A program made the position numbers and the translations under genes. From a virus (taxonomy: Duplodnaviria > Caudoviricetes), in the IMG/VR virus record IMGVR_UViG_3300025886_000034, positions 1 to 52,747 of that record: a stretch of DNA of 52,747 nt; one strand, given 5' to 3'. The notes under the pieces are model-generated. The model was not told where the DNA came from. It saw only the letters and a program-made list of their open reading frames with translations, and made no database searches. The stretch's first letter is position 1; every line of letters begins with the position of its first letter. Below, in pieces: positions 9,283 through 17,711 of this stretch.

Positions 9283-10161
9283 TTAGCGATTTAGTGAAAA
9301 AGGTCCTCTTTTTTTACCCTGATCTTTCATGACTTTATCAAGTTCATCCTTTTCCATTGGGATAGGATCAAGGGTTGTGGCGTCAAAATAGGCGCTCCCA
9401 GACGGCTTTGGGGCGGGTTTGGGCCTACTCTGTATCAAAGAGTAGTTCCCAGCAATCAAAAGCAGTACAGCCAACGGATCAAACACAAATATAATCGTTA
9501 TGATAACCCAAGTGACTGCTTTTTCCAGTATTTCCTGATCTGTTTCACCATAGACAAATGCAGCAATATACTTGATTGGTCCAACTTCAGCCTCAACCTC
9601 TCTCCTTTCTGCTCGTATCGGCGCAAGTTCCAGACGATAACCGGTGATGTTATTCTGCGAAAGTTCTATCTGATCTAACAACTTAGTCCTTTCTTCGGTC
9701 TGTTCTGCTCGTGCGTTTACACCCTTGGTGACCGCACCAAGTTCCGTATATCGTGCGATTTGGTCATTGAGTGTATTGATATCCAATCGGGCTTGAGATA
9801 TGATCTCCTGCTCTATCTCGATTCTTTCCTCAATTAACACTATTTTATCTGATACATCACCGGATGTCAACCCCTGATCTATGTGCGCTTTTGATAAAAA
9901 ACCAAAGATACCCAAAGATGTTATCAAAATGAGAACAGACACGGCAAACACGAAATAGTACTTCAGTGCCTTGGGTGCGGTTCGCCAGTTGCGGTATGCC
10001 CAACTGGCAGCAACAAGCTTAGAAACTTCGAGAGTCGCACCCATAACCCCAATAGACACAGGGCTAGCAGCAAAGATCGCAATGAGCCCTGCGATGGAAA
10101 AGTATGCTGCGACTGCTGAAACAGACAACCCAGTTAGGATCATCATTATTGCGGAGAACAT
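9283..10161 (-). CDS. Membrane protein with three N-terminal TM helices, a long coiled coil and a C-terminal TM helix
   Basis: Hydrophobic segments at about aa 3-90 and 215-240 flank a heptad-rich region. EVGPIKYIA and IFVFDPLAVLLL motifs. Confidence 0.75.
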   Translation of the reverse strand: MFSAIMMILTGLSVSAVAAYFSIAGLIAIFAASPVSIGVMGATLEVSKLVAASWAYRNWRTAPKALKYYFVFAVSVLILITSLGIFGFLSKAHIDQGLTSGDVSDKIVLIEERIEIEQEIISQARLDINTLNDQIARYTELGAVTKGVNARAEQTEERTKLLDQIELSQNNITGYRLELAPIRAERREVEAEVGPIKYIAAFVYGETDQEILEKAVTWVIITIIFVFDPLAVLLLIAGNYSLIQSRPKPAPKPSGSAYFDATTLDPIPMEKDELDKVMKDQGKKRGPFSLNR

Positions 10162-10162
10162 A

Positions 10163-10597
10163 TTAGCCTCTCGTGAGCGAAACTATTTTATTTACTTGCT
10201 CTTCGAGTTTTTCTTTACGATTGGGCCAGTAGATATATTCCTTCTCTGGATTCTTCATCAAGTTCACTAATAGAGGAACAATCATCTTCTCAAGTTCTGT
10301 AAGTTTTGCTTGTGTGGATGCGATAAGTTCCGATTCTTTCGTAGCAAAACTTTCTTCGAGTTGGAGTTTTTGACCATCCAACCCAAAAGTGGTTTGTTCG
10401 TAGATCGCAAGAACACTATCAATCTTTTGCTCAAGTCTGGCAATAGATTCATTAGAAGTGGATACAGTTTCGCGGATAATAGTGGTTTCCAGCGTTTCAC
10501 TATCAGTGACTTGCTGTACTTCAGACTCATCTACTGCACTGAAACCAAAATCTTCTTGTGTTCTTAAATCCAGATATTCTTGTGGTATTGTTGTCAT
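10163..10597 (-). CDS. Conserved hypothetical coiled-coil protein downstream of gp43
   Basis: DFGFSAVDE N-terminus and PLLVNLMKNPEKEYIYWPNR C-terminus. Likely start 10597 overlaps the gp43 stop (ATGA). Confidence 0.75.
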   Translation of the reverse strand: MTTIPQEYLDLRTQEDFGFSAVDESEVQQVTDSETLETTIIRETVSTSNESIARLEQKIDSVLAIYEQTTFGLDGQKLQLEESFATKESELIASTQAKLTELEKMIVPLLVNLMKNPEKEYIYWPNRKEKLEEQVNKIVSLTRG

Positions 10598-13095
10598 GTT
10601 TTGAAAAACCTTCTTAAGTTCGATACTGGTTGTGCTGTCCAACTAAATGTGTTTACTATATTATTTAGTGGTTCTACAAACGATTTTTGGAATTGTAGGT
10701 CATAATCTATGTATTTATCTAACTCAAATTGTTTAGGTAACACAGAAGGAACAGAAATTACATTTTCCTGAGTGGGATTAGGCATCTTCATATAACAAAA
10801 CTTGATTTTCTCACCATCCTTGACCAGTTCATATTTCTTCGTGAGATTATGTTTTTTGAGCATATTATTAAATACCAAAGAACCTCTAACATGGATGGGT
10901 GTCGCTTTTTTGTATAATGTATCTTTGTCAGAGTACTTGGTTAATTCAGATACACCACGAGGAAAAGCCACATCTTCAAAAGGCAACTGAGCAAACTCTT
11001 TTTCGAATTGATTAACGAAAGTGTGTAGATCCGATTCGGTTCCATTCATTACAATATTGAGTGCTTCCTTAATTTTATCCCGGCACGACATGGGAGTGGA
11101 TGATTTGACAGCTTCGATACCCATCATCTTTAGTTTGGGTTTCGTATATCGCACACCCTCATTGTCAGAAACATTTAGGATATATCTTTTCTTTGCGGTC
11201 CATATGCCAATGTCAGCAATCGCTTCACGCTTCATAATCATTTTTTGATCATACGCATTCATATAATCTGCAAGCTCTTGATAACATTTGTCTATGTATT
11301 TTTGGATTTTCTCTTCGCAAACCCTATCAAGGAAGTCAATAACTTTATTCTTATCGGGTAGGCTATCTTTGTATGATGCTTTAACTAACGGCCCTAAGTT
11401 CAAATATACAGAGTCAGTATCTGACGCAATTACATAATCAAAATTGTCAGTTTTTAAAAGTTTGTTTAGGTAAACATTTAACTTGCGTTCTATCCAACGA
11501 ATTGCTAATTGACCAGACAGGGTAATTGCTTCTGCTTGCCGAAGATCGTAAAAACGAAACCACTGATTCCCAATAGCACCATAAGCAGAGTTCAACTGAA
11601 CTTTTTTGGCTAATTGTAAGTTGTCGTATTTTGATATTTGATTTTCACACTCGGTGATGTCTTCTTTGGAAGTTGCGAGTTCTTTCTTCTTCTGCCATCC
11701 GATCATAAGTTTCTTATACTTGGACCTATCCTCGTACATAGTATCCATCATTGTTGGCAAGAATCCACGAACATCTTTTCGAAAGTAATGCCCGTTTGCT
11801 GCCATGCAGTTATTAGAATTTGAAACATAACTTCCAGATAGCAGTTCGTTGATCGAGGTGTTAGTATATTCACCCTCAACAATAGTATCTGGGGAAACAT
11901 TATACTGCATAATCAAATGTGGATAGAGCGAGTTTAAATCGAATGAGCATACCCACTCGTAACGCCCCGGCACAGGTTCCTTGACATAAGCACCTTCATA
12001 CTTCTCGACTTTGTGGTTTCTCTTCTTTGGAGGAACAACAACGTTATTCTTGTATAGGTGATTATGAGTCAATACATCCCACATCTTAACCTGTGTGAAT
12101 ACGTCGGTAAGATTGACTTTGGCGTCATAAGCAAGAGCCATTACCATATCAATCAATTTCATCTTATCATCTATTCGGTCAACCAAGTCAACGTCTTTGA
12201 TATTGTACTCAATGAAAAGTTGATAGTCATGCTTGTATAGTTGATTGAGGTTTTCGTATTCACTATAATCTAATTTGCGTTCCCCAAGTTCGACAAACGC
12301 AATGTGGTCTAATCGATAGCTTTCCTGATTGGAATAGGTAAACTTCTTGTACAACTCAAGATAATCCAATATCGCAATACCAACAAGATCAAAAGCAGTT
12401 TGTTGTCTATTAAAGATTGTTGTAGTTCTTTCACCAATCATCCCCCAAGGCGATAACCTAACCGCAGTCTTTTCGCTGAACAGTTTACATATTCTATTAT
12501 ACAAGTAAGGAACATCAAAGAACTGCACGTTCCAACCCGTCAAGATGTCAGGGGAAGTTCTTTCCCAAGTGTCAAGAAAAGTCAAGATCAAATCTCTTTC
12601 ATCTTCGCATTTCTTATATCGCACTTCAGGGCGATCAGTCACAAACTCACCACAACCAAAAACGTAATAGACGCCACGCATCTTATATGTGATTGCAGTC
12701 AAGGGTTCGTTTGCCAATGCCGGTTCTGGAAACCCATTCTCGGAGCCGACCTCGATGTCTATGTTTGCCACTCGAAGCAGAGACTTGTCGTAGTCTATAG
12801 CGTCTGGGTATTCTTCGTTGATATATGAATAAGCATAGTTTGCGGATCCATATACCGTGAAGTTTGACATATCCTCATACTTCTCAAAGAACGACTTAGC
12901 GGCACCCATACTATCCAACTCTCTCGGTTTGACATGTTGCCCGTCCAGAGTTTTCCATCCGGTCGGTGTCTCGCTGGGAAGATATAGTGTTGGACAGTAT
13001 GGCACCTTGCGGGCATACTTCTCACCATTCTGGTTGTATCCTATCTCTAGGATTTTGTTGCCGCGTCTTGAGAAATTTGTGTAGAATTTTGACAT
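10594..13095 (-). CDS. gp43: Family B DNA polymerase, unsplit
   Basis: Exonuclease DIEV, GWNVQFFD and YNIKDV. Polymerase SFDLNSLYPH, KVQLNSAYG, ASDTDS and KKRY. Confidence 0.98.
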   Translation of the reverse strand: MSKFYTNFSRRGNKILEIGYNQNGEKYARKVPYCPTLYLPSETPTGWKTLDGQHVKPRELDSMGAAKSFFEKYEDMSNFTVYGSANYAYSYINEEYPDAIDYDKSLLRVANIDIEVGSENGFPEPALANEPLTAITYKMRGVYYVFGCGEFVTDRPEVRYKKCEDERDLILTFLDTWERTSPDILTGWNVQFFDVPYLYNRICKLFSEKTAVRLSPWGMIGERTTTIFNRQQTAFDLVGIAILDYLELYKKFTYSNQESYRLDHIAFVELGERKLDYSEYENLNQLYKHDYQLFIEYNIKDVDLVDRIDDKMKLIDMVMALAYDAKVNLTDVFTQVKMWDVLTHNHLYKNNVVVPPKKRNHKVEKYEGAYVKEPVPGRYEWVCSFDLNSLYPHLIMQYNVSPDTIVEGEYTNTSINELLSGSYVSNSNNCMAANGHYFRKDVRGFLPTMMDTMYEDRSKYKKLMIGWQKKKELATSKEDITECENQISKYDNLQLAKKVQLNSAYGAIGNQWFRFYDLRQAEAITLSGQLAIRWIERKLNVYLNKLLKTDNFDYVIASDTDSVYLNLGPLVKASYKDSLPDKNKVIDFLDRVCEEKIQKYIDKCYQELADYMNAYDQKMIMKREAIADIGIWTAKKRYILNVSDNEGVRYTKPKLKMMGIEAVKSSTPMSCRDKIKEALNIVMNGTESDLHTFVNQFEKEFAQLPFEDVAFPRGVSELTKYSDKDTLYKKATPIHVRGSLVFNNMLKKHNLTKKYELVKDGEKIKFCYMKMPNPTQENVISVPSVLPKQFELDKYIDYDLQFQKSFVEPLNNIVNTFSWTAQPVSNLRRFFKT

Positions 13096-13394
13096 TAAAT
13101 TATGATCTTCTTTTCTGGGAGGATGATGTTTCCGAAGATACTATTATACTGTGTTGCGATCTGATTGTCAACCCCAACGCAGTAAATGGCGTGATTTTTA
13201 TTCAACTCTACAATTTCATCTTTAGAGTACACAATCAGGGGGCGGATACTTAAACTTGGAGTTTGACTCTCATCCAAGACCATTGCGAGTGCGCAAGGGT
13301 TTCTAACTACATAATGTGTTGCGTCCTCTTCGATGAGTTCGCCGAGCACATCTTCATTGTTGACAAAATGAATCAATTTTACTTCTGTGTTCAT
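13095..13394 (-). CDS. Small conserved (Sm-like beta-fold) hypothetical protein coupled to gp43
   Basis: VKLIHFVNNEDVLGE...YNSIFGNIILP. TAATG overlap with the gp43 start. SD GAGG. Confidence 0.75.
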   Translation of the reverse strand: MNTEVKLIHFVNNEDVLGELIEEDATHYVVRNPCALAMVLDESQTPSLSIRPLIVYSKDEIVELNKNHAIYCVGVDNQIATQYNSIFGNIILPEKKIII

Positions 13395-13478
13395 AATAAA
13401 TCCTCATAATAAATTAGCCTGACATTTTTATAGATTCGTTGCAGTAGAATCAGGGAACGTCAGCAAACCCACACTATG

Positions 13479-13622
13479 TTACAAATATGGCGCCGGCATA
13501 TACAGACTTGAACCCGCTGTGTACACACCGTAGTTAGGTGTGAAGAGAGGTGCTATTAGACCTCCCAGTACAAGCGAAGCAAAGAATACAATGCCTAACC
13601 AGTTTTTGATTTTCTTAATCAT
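13479..13622 (-). CDS. 47-aa single-TM microprotein (not in ORF track)
   Basis: Manual translation MIKKIKNWLGIVFFASLVLGGLIAPLFTPNYGVYTAGSSLYMPAPYL. SD AAGGA upstream. Confidence 0.6.
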   Translation of the reverse strand: MIKKIKNWLGIVFFASLVLGGLIAPLFTPNYGVYTAGSSLYMPAPYL

Positions 13623-13631
13623 TATCTATCC

Positions 13632-13730
13632 TTACGCGAAGTAAGAAGCGAGAATCATTAATGGTGCAATCGCAAGTACGGTTAAACCTTGATACAATGC
13701 AATCGCGCCTTCGCTTTTTAAAGTTTTCAT
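13632..13730 (-). CDS. 32-aa single-TM microprotein (not in ORF track)
   Basis: Manual translation MKTLKSEGAIALYQGLTVLAIAPLMILASYFA. SD AAGGA at the end of hsp20. Confidence 0.6.
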   Translation of the reverse strand: MKTLKSEGAIALYQGLTVLAIAPLMILASYFA

Positions 13731-13733
13731 TTG

Positions 13734-14165
13734 TTACGTCCTTTGTGAGATTTCTATTTTTCTCGGACGCTGTTCTTCGGGTAGTTCCACTTTGAGTTTA
13801 ATCACTAGTAGTCCATTGACGAATTCAGCTCCATCAACGACAACGTGGTCTGCGAGTCGGAATGTTTCCACGAATTTCTTCGTAGTAATCCCTTTATGAA
13901 GATAATCTTTCTTATCCTCTTCTGGGTTTCCCCGAATGACCAGAACACCGGGCTTAGCCTCGATCTCTAGATCTTTCTTGCGATAACCACCAAGTGCAAA
14001 TTCCATGGCGTATTCCGTGTCAGTATATTTGATAATATTGTGACGGGGAAAACCCTTCTCGTTTGCGCCAGCGGCAGTCAGTTTTTCTATCTCATCCCAG
14101 ACATGGTCGAAACCAATGAAACGAGAGTGGGGGAACGAAAACACTTTTGTTCGTGTAGTAACCAT
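13734..14165 (-). CDS. hsp20: Small heat-shock protein (Hsp20/IbpA family)
   Basis: FIGFD, FPRHNI, FRLADHVVVDGAEFVNGLL, PEEQRPRKIEI. Likely start ATG 14165 after SD AAGGAG. Confidence 0.95.
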   Translation of the reverse strand: MVTTRTKVFSFPHSRFIGFDHVWDEIEKLTAAGANEKGFPRHNIIKYTDTEYAMEFALGGYRKKDLEIEAKPGVLVIRGNPEEDKKDYLHKGITTKKFVETFRLADHVVVDGAEFVNGLLVIKLKVELPEEQRPRKIEISQRT

Positions 14166-14229
14166 TGCTATCTCCTTATTTAATTTAAGCAAGATTGTTG
14201 TCTATCCACCAGATTATTCTGCGTGGACG
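14166..14229 (-). promoter_or_regulatory. ROSE-like RNA thermometer in the hsp20 5' UTR
   Basis: ATCTTGCTTA pairs with TAAGGAGAT (SD) with a bulged G. Upstream hairpin GTCCAC-GCAGA-ATAA-TCTG-GTGGAT. Confidence 0.7.
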
Positions 14230-14233
14230 ATGT

Positions 14234-14264
14234 TATTTATAACACATTTTTTACAAAATGTCAA
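14234..14264 (-). promoter_or_regulatory. Composite sigma70 plus late promoter for hsp20
   Basis: TTGACA-17 nt-TATAAA, where the -10 extends to an exact TATAAATA. Confidence 0.75.
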
Positions 14265-14268
14265 ATTT

Positions 14269-14697
14269 TTATTTATTTTTTTCTGCCCATTCTTTTGCAG
14301 TAGTCCCTTCACTCTCTGTGGTTGCTTCACGGTAGTAGATGATCAACTCTTTCTGTTGTAGCACATAACGTCGAACCTCTTGGAAGTTCTCTGCCATCTT
14401 TTCATACCCGTCCGGAGTGAGTGCGAACACGACGAACTGCCCATCGAGCATCTTCTCGATTTCTTTGAATTTATCTTCTAGGTTTTCTTCGGTGATGACA
14501 AAGAAGTTTACGTTGAGTAAATCAATCTCTTGGGGAAGAGGTGGTTGGTAGATCCGTAAAGGAACCTTCTCAGTTACCGTTACTATCTGTGGTTCCGGTT
14601 GAACCACTATCGGTTTCGGACCCCACTCCAGTCTTGGGAGCATCTGACAACTCGCCAGCATCGGTATCATCAATATCCATAAGTTCTTTCGTATCAT
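14269..14697 (-). CDS. Probable outer-membrane spanin (o-spanin) lipoprotein
   Basis: Signal peptide with lipobox LASC and a Pro-rich N-region. Starts inside the upstream gene in another frame. Confidence 0.75.
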   Translation of the reverse strand: MIRKNLWILMIPMLASCQMLPRLEWGPKPIVVQPEPQIVTVTEKVPLRIYQPPLPQEIDLLNVNFFVITEENLEDKFKEIEKMLDGQFVVFALTPDGYEKMAENFQEVRRYVLQQKELIIYYREATTESEGTTAKEWAEKNK

Positions 14698-15088
14698 TTT
14701 CTAATGCCTCAAACACTTTCTGTGTTCCATTATTTATTCGTTTCTCAATCATGCCGGGTTTGGCTCGAGCAAGACGGGTAAGGTTGTGGTCCTTGAAAAT
14801 CTTCAAATATGTTTGCTTCTCACGATTCAACTCTTGGTTGCGAGAGGTGAGAGCACTCATTGCTGCTTCAGATTTCTTAGCGTTTTCTTCGGCTGCTTTG
14901 AGTGATGCTTCTGCCGTGTTGATGGCAATGTCCAATTGTACCTGATTCTCTTTAAGGGTGCGGTTGTTTGCTTCTAGTTTAGCAATACCCGCTTCAAACT
15001 TAGAGATCGTAACTTGGTGGTAGGAGTAAGCACCACCGATGGCACCGATGGCACCAAACAACAAAAACATTTTCACATAACCAAACAT
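14570..15088 (-). CDS. Probable inner-membrane spanin (i-spanin)
   Basis: N-terminal TM followed by a long coiled coil. Overlaps the lipoprotein gene by 128 nt. Confidence 0.75.
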   Translation of the reverse strand: MFGYVKMFLLFGAIGAIGGAYSYHQVTISKFEAGIAKLEANNRTLKENQVQLDIAINTAEASLKAAEENAKKSEAAMSALTSRNQELNREKQTYLKIFKDHNLTRLARAKPGMIEKRINNGTQKVFEALENDTKELMDIDDTDAGELSDAPKTGVGSETDSGSTGTTDSNGN

Positions 15089-15089
15089 A

Positions 15090-15509
15090 CTATTCTACTC
15101 GCTTTTTAGTTCCTATATTGTATTTCGTTACCAACTCCCAATCACCCCGATCAGCATATGATATGATCTTAATTTGGGATAGTGGTGCTAAGGAATCTGC
15201 ATATTTTTCTGGAGATACAATCTCAACCAAGCCCCATTCGGATAACAGATTTGCTATCGAGTTTCTTCTTCCTATATCGTTATCTTCAAAATTAGTTGGT
15301 TTGCCGTCAAGCGCAAACAGTTCTTTGAAATGCACAATAAAGTATCTACCCCTCTTGTGCAAGATATGACATGATTGGAATAGTTTTTGTTCTTTCCTAG
15401 AAGCAACACCGATTCTTGTCAGTGTTTCTCTAACTTTTAGAAAGTCATCCGGTGCTTTTAGACGAACCTCCAGTAATGTGTCTATATTTACTTCCATAGC
15501 TACGCTCAC
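15090..15509 (-). CDS. regA: Translational repressor RegA
   Basis: PDDFLKVRETLTRIGVASRK...LFQSCHILHKRGRYFIVHFKELFALDG. Confidence 0.97.
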   Translation of the reverse strand: MSVAMEVNIDTLLEVRLKAPDDFLKVRETLTRIGVASRKEQKLFQSCHILHKRGRYFIVHFKELFALDGKPTNFEDNDIGRRNSIANLLSEWGLVEIVSPEKYADSLAPLSQIKIISYADRGDWELVTKYNIGTKKRVE

Positions 15510-15521
15510 TCCCCGAAACGA

Positions 15522-15905
15522 TCATACCGCCGCCTCAGCAATTATCCTTAATTCATTCAGCTGATCACCACTCATGATTTTCAGCGCGTCTCTCGCCTTG
15601 GGTTTACTGTACCCAAACATTTCAGATATCAGCAGCAGATCATCAGATTTTTCCTGCTTATGCCACTTACTAAACCTTTTGCGAGGTCTGACACTATTTA
15701 GTAAATATAAGAATTGTGCCTTCTTCGACAGCATATTGTTCATATTCATTTCATTAGCATAAAAAATAGAATCTGGGAAATACGATAATCCACGATTAGT
15801 CAGAAAAGGTTCGTAGGATTTCTCCGCCAACTCATCGTTAGCAGAGTTTTCCATCAAGTTCTTCTTAGACGTATTTATCGCATTCAAATAATCAAAAGGG
15901 TTCAT
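15522..15905 (-). CDS. gp62: Clamp loader small subunit
   Basis: PFDYLNAIN...YEPFLTNRGLSYFPD...ANEMN...RKRFSKW. Directly upstream of regA. Confidence 0.93.
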   Translation of the reverse strand: MNPFDYLNAINTSKKNLMENSANDELAEKSYEPFLTNRGLSYFPDSIFYANEMNMNNMLSKKAQFLYLLNSVRPRKRFSKWHKQEKSDDLLLISEMFGYSKPKARDALKIMSGDQLNELRIIAEAAV

Positions 15906-16369
15906 ACCAATCCTGCTTCTTCCAATGTCATTTTCACAACACCTTCTTCAATTAACTTGCGACGATTGTTCATGTGAGATACTTGCGTATCTTCTTTGGA
16001 TCCGCCGTAGTAAGGAACACAATGACCTTCTTCTGACATTACCGAAGTAACTGGTCTCCAAGCATCAAGGGTCGAATCATACACCATAAAGTCGCCAAGG
16101 ATACGTCCGAACTTACCTTTCATATCTTCACCGTCGCGAGCAATCTTAGTTTGCAGTACTGGGTTTGGTCCAAGCAGTTCCTTCAATCGCTTGCTTGCGG
16201 CTTTGCCGAAAACTTTCTCTACCTTGTCACGGGTTCGAGATTCTGGAGTATCGATACCCATGATGCGCACTCGTTCTTTCTTTAACCAAACGCCGAAGCC
16301 AAGATCGATATCCACATCAACGGTGTCACCGTCAACTACTTTAATTAATTTTGTTTTATACTCGTACAT
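15902..16369 (-). CDS. Thermonuclease (SNase) family nuclease
   Basis: VVDGDTVD, RIMGIDTPE, GKFGRILG. Confidence 0.9.
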   Translation of the reverse strand: MYEYKTKLIKVVDGDTVDVDIDLGFGVWLKKERVRIMGIDTPESRTRDKVEKVFGKAASKRLKELLGPNPVLQTKIARDGEDMKGKFGRILGDFMVYDSTLDAWRPVTSVMSEEGHCVPYYGGSKEDTQVSHMNNRRKLIEEGVVKMTLEEAGLV

Positions 16370-16381
16370 AATATATCCTTG

Positions 16382-16870
16382 TTAACCGCTAAGGGAAACG
16401 CCCTTAATTCTTGGAGAATAACCAGACACACTGTCCCACTCTTCGGGAGTGGCATCATTCAGTCTGGAGTGATGACCTGGCGCCATCTTTGGGTCATATT
16501 CTGGGTAGTCGTTTTCCGTAAGAAATGACGGAGAGACTCTGGAGTCATCAAGATTTGAGATATTTTCTTCATCGTGAATATATAGTTGAATCAAAGCATA
16601 GTGCAAAACTTTCATCAAATCTTTTCGATGATCTTCGGGGCTTCCCTTCTTACCATATCTTTGTGCATATTTTAGCACATTACCAACGCAAAATCCAGTA
16701 CCATGCCCACCATCAATAACAAACTCCGTTGCCTGAAACTTGTCCTTCGAATAATGACTGTCGTATGTCGAATTTACATAGTCTCTAAACTGATCAAGCA
16801 AATCACCCTCATTGAATTTATACTGAGGTGTAATCAAACATTTTTTCATAACATATTCTCCTATTGCCAC
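16382..16870 (-). CDS. DUF3310-like protein (T7 gp1.7 nucleotide kinase/SaV-like)
   Basis: SHYS...GFCVGNVLKYAQRYGKKG...DLMKVLHYA. Exact start uncertain. Confidence 0.75.
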   Translation of the reverse strand: MAIGEYVMKKCLITPQYKFNEGDLLDQFRDYVNSTYDSHYSKDKFQATEFVIDGGHGTGFCVGNVLKYAQRYGKKGSPEDHRKDLMKVLHYALIQLYIHDEENISNLDDSRVSPSFLTENDYPEYDPKMAPGHHSRLNDATPEEWDSVSGYSPRIKGVSLSG

Positions 16871-17484
16871 CGGTAAAATTTATGTTGCCCTATTCGACCG
16901 ACAACTTGCATTCCCCTATCATCGATCCAGTTTGGCGTAACATATGTTGCATGGTAGTGCGTAGCACCTTCCGTAATTCCCCTGTACTTATCCTGAGTTA
17001 AAGATACTTCAGCAACAGCAAAAGCTTCTTCCCAAGAACCAGCATCGTAAGGCTCATCGGACAATCCATCACAAAACCAACTGAACTGACACATATTTTT
17101 TACTGGAACCACGTCACCTTTCCAGTTAGTTCTTAATTTCGACTGCTCAACAACTTCACATACTGTGTTCGGATACCTATTACTTTCTACTCTATTTAGA
17201 ACGACATCTGCCACAGCAATTTTTCCTGCAAAGTTATCAGATCTAGCCTCATGGTAAATATTTAATGCCATACACTCTACTGCACGAGGGTCAAGCGCGA
17301 CAGACTCAGTTGTATTTGTTTCATCTACACTTTCCTGCGGCAAATTCTCCTCAATTACAACACTTTCTTGCGGCAAATTCTCCTCAATTACAACACTTTC
17401 TTGCGGTGCATCCACAAGTGTCATAAAAGTGTACGTAGTAAATATGCATATCAAAACCCACATCAACAAAAAATATTTCATCAT
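16861..17484 (-). CDS. SleB-like cell wall hydrolase (Hydrolase_2) with N-terminal TM
   Basis: CMALNIYHEAR, AVADVVLNRV, YPNTVCEVV, CQFSW, GATHYHA, IGQHKFY. Confidence 0.92.
   Translation of the reverse strand: MMKYFLLMWVLICIFTTYTFMTLVDAPQESVVIEENLPQESVVIEENLPQESVDETNTTESVALDPRAVECMALNIYHEARSDNFAGKIAVADVVLNRVESNRYPNTVCEVVEQSKLRTNWKGDVVPVKNMCQFSWFCDGLSDEPYDAGSWEEAFAVAEVSLTQDKYRGITEGATHYHATYVTPNWIDDRGMQVVGRIGQHKFYRWQ
17327..17406. repeat. 33-bp in-frame tandem repeat (about 2.4 copies)
   Basis: Unit acactttc(c/t)tgcggcaaattctcctcaattaca encodes PQESVVIEENL x2 plus PQESV. Confidence 0.9.
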
Positions 17485-17699
17485 TTGAAAGCATCTTTTG
17501 CGTTATGTTTACCGCCCCACTTATCAATAAAAACTATCGATGAGGTGTCATCATCAAACTCAACTCCGTGGAAACCCAAAGCTTCAGTTACCCTAGCATA
17601 AGTGCGAATTATTCCGTAGGAAATTCCATTCCGTTTTCCCCAAAAATAAGCACACATCATACAAAACATAGTCAAAATAGTATAGTATACAGGATCCAT
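17481..17699 (-). CDS. Small hypothetical membrane-anchored protein
   Basis: 72 aa with hydrophobic N-terminus. ATGA overlap with the next gene. Confidence 0.6.
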   Translation of the reverse strand: MDPVYYTILTMFCMMCAYFWGKRNGISYGIIRTYARVTEALGFHGVEFDDDTSSIVFIDKWGGKHNAKDAFK

Positions 17700-17711
17700 A
17701 AACCCCCCCTT

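Noticed and set aside
4825-13095. Inteins or introns in gp41, uvsX and gp43 (gp17 also checked)
   Set aside because: The proteins have normal lengths and contiguous motifs, with no splicing motifs or embedded endonuclease.
13415-13475. preQ1 or SAM-II/V riboswitch identity for the structured leader
   Set aside because: The topology is loosely similar, but I could not match the ligand-binding consensus nucleotides. It is kept only as an unnamed structure.
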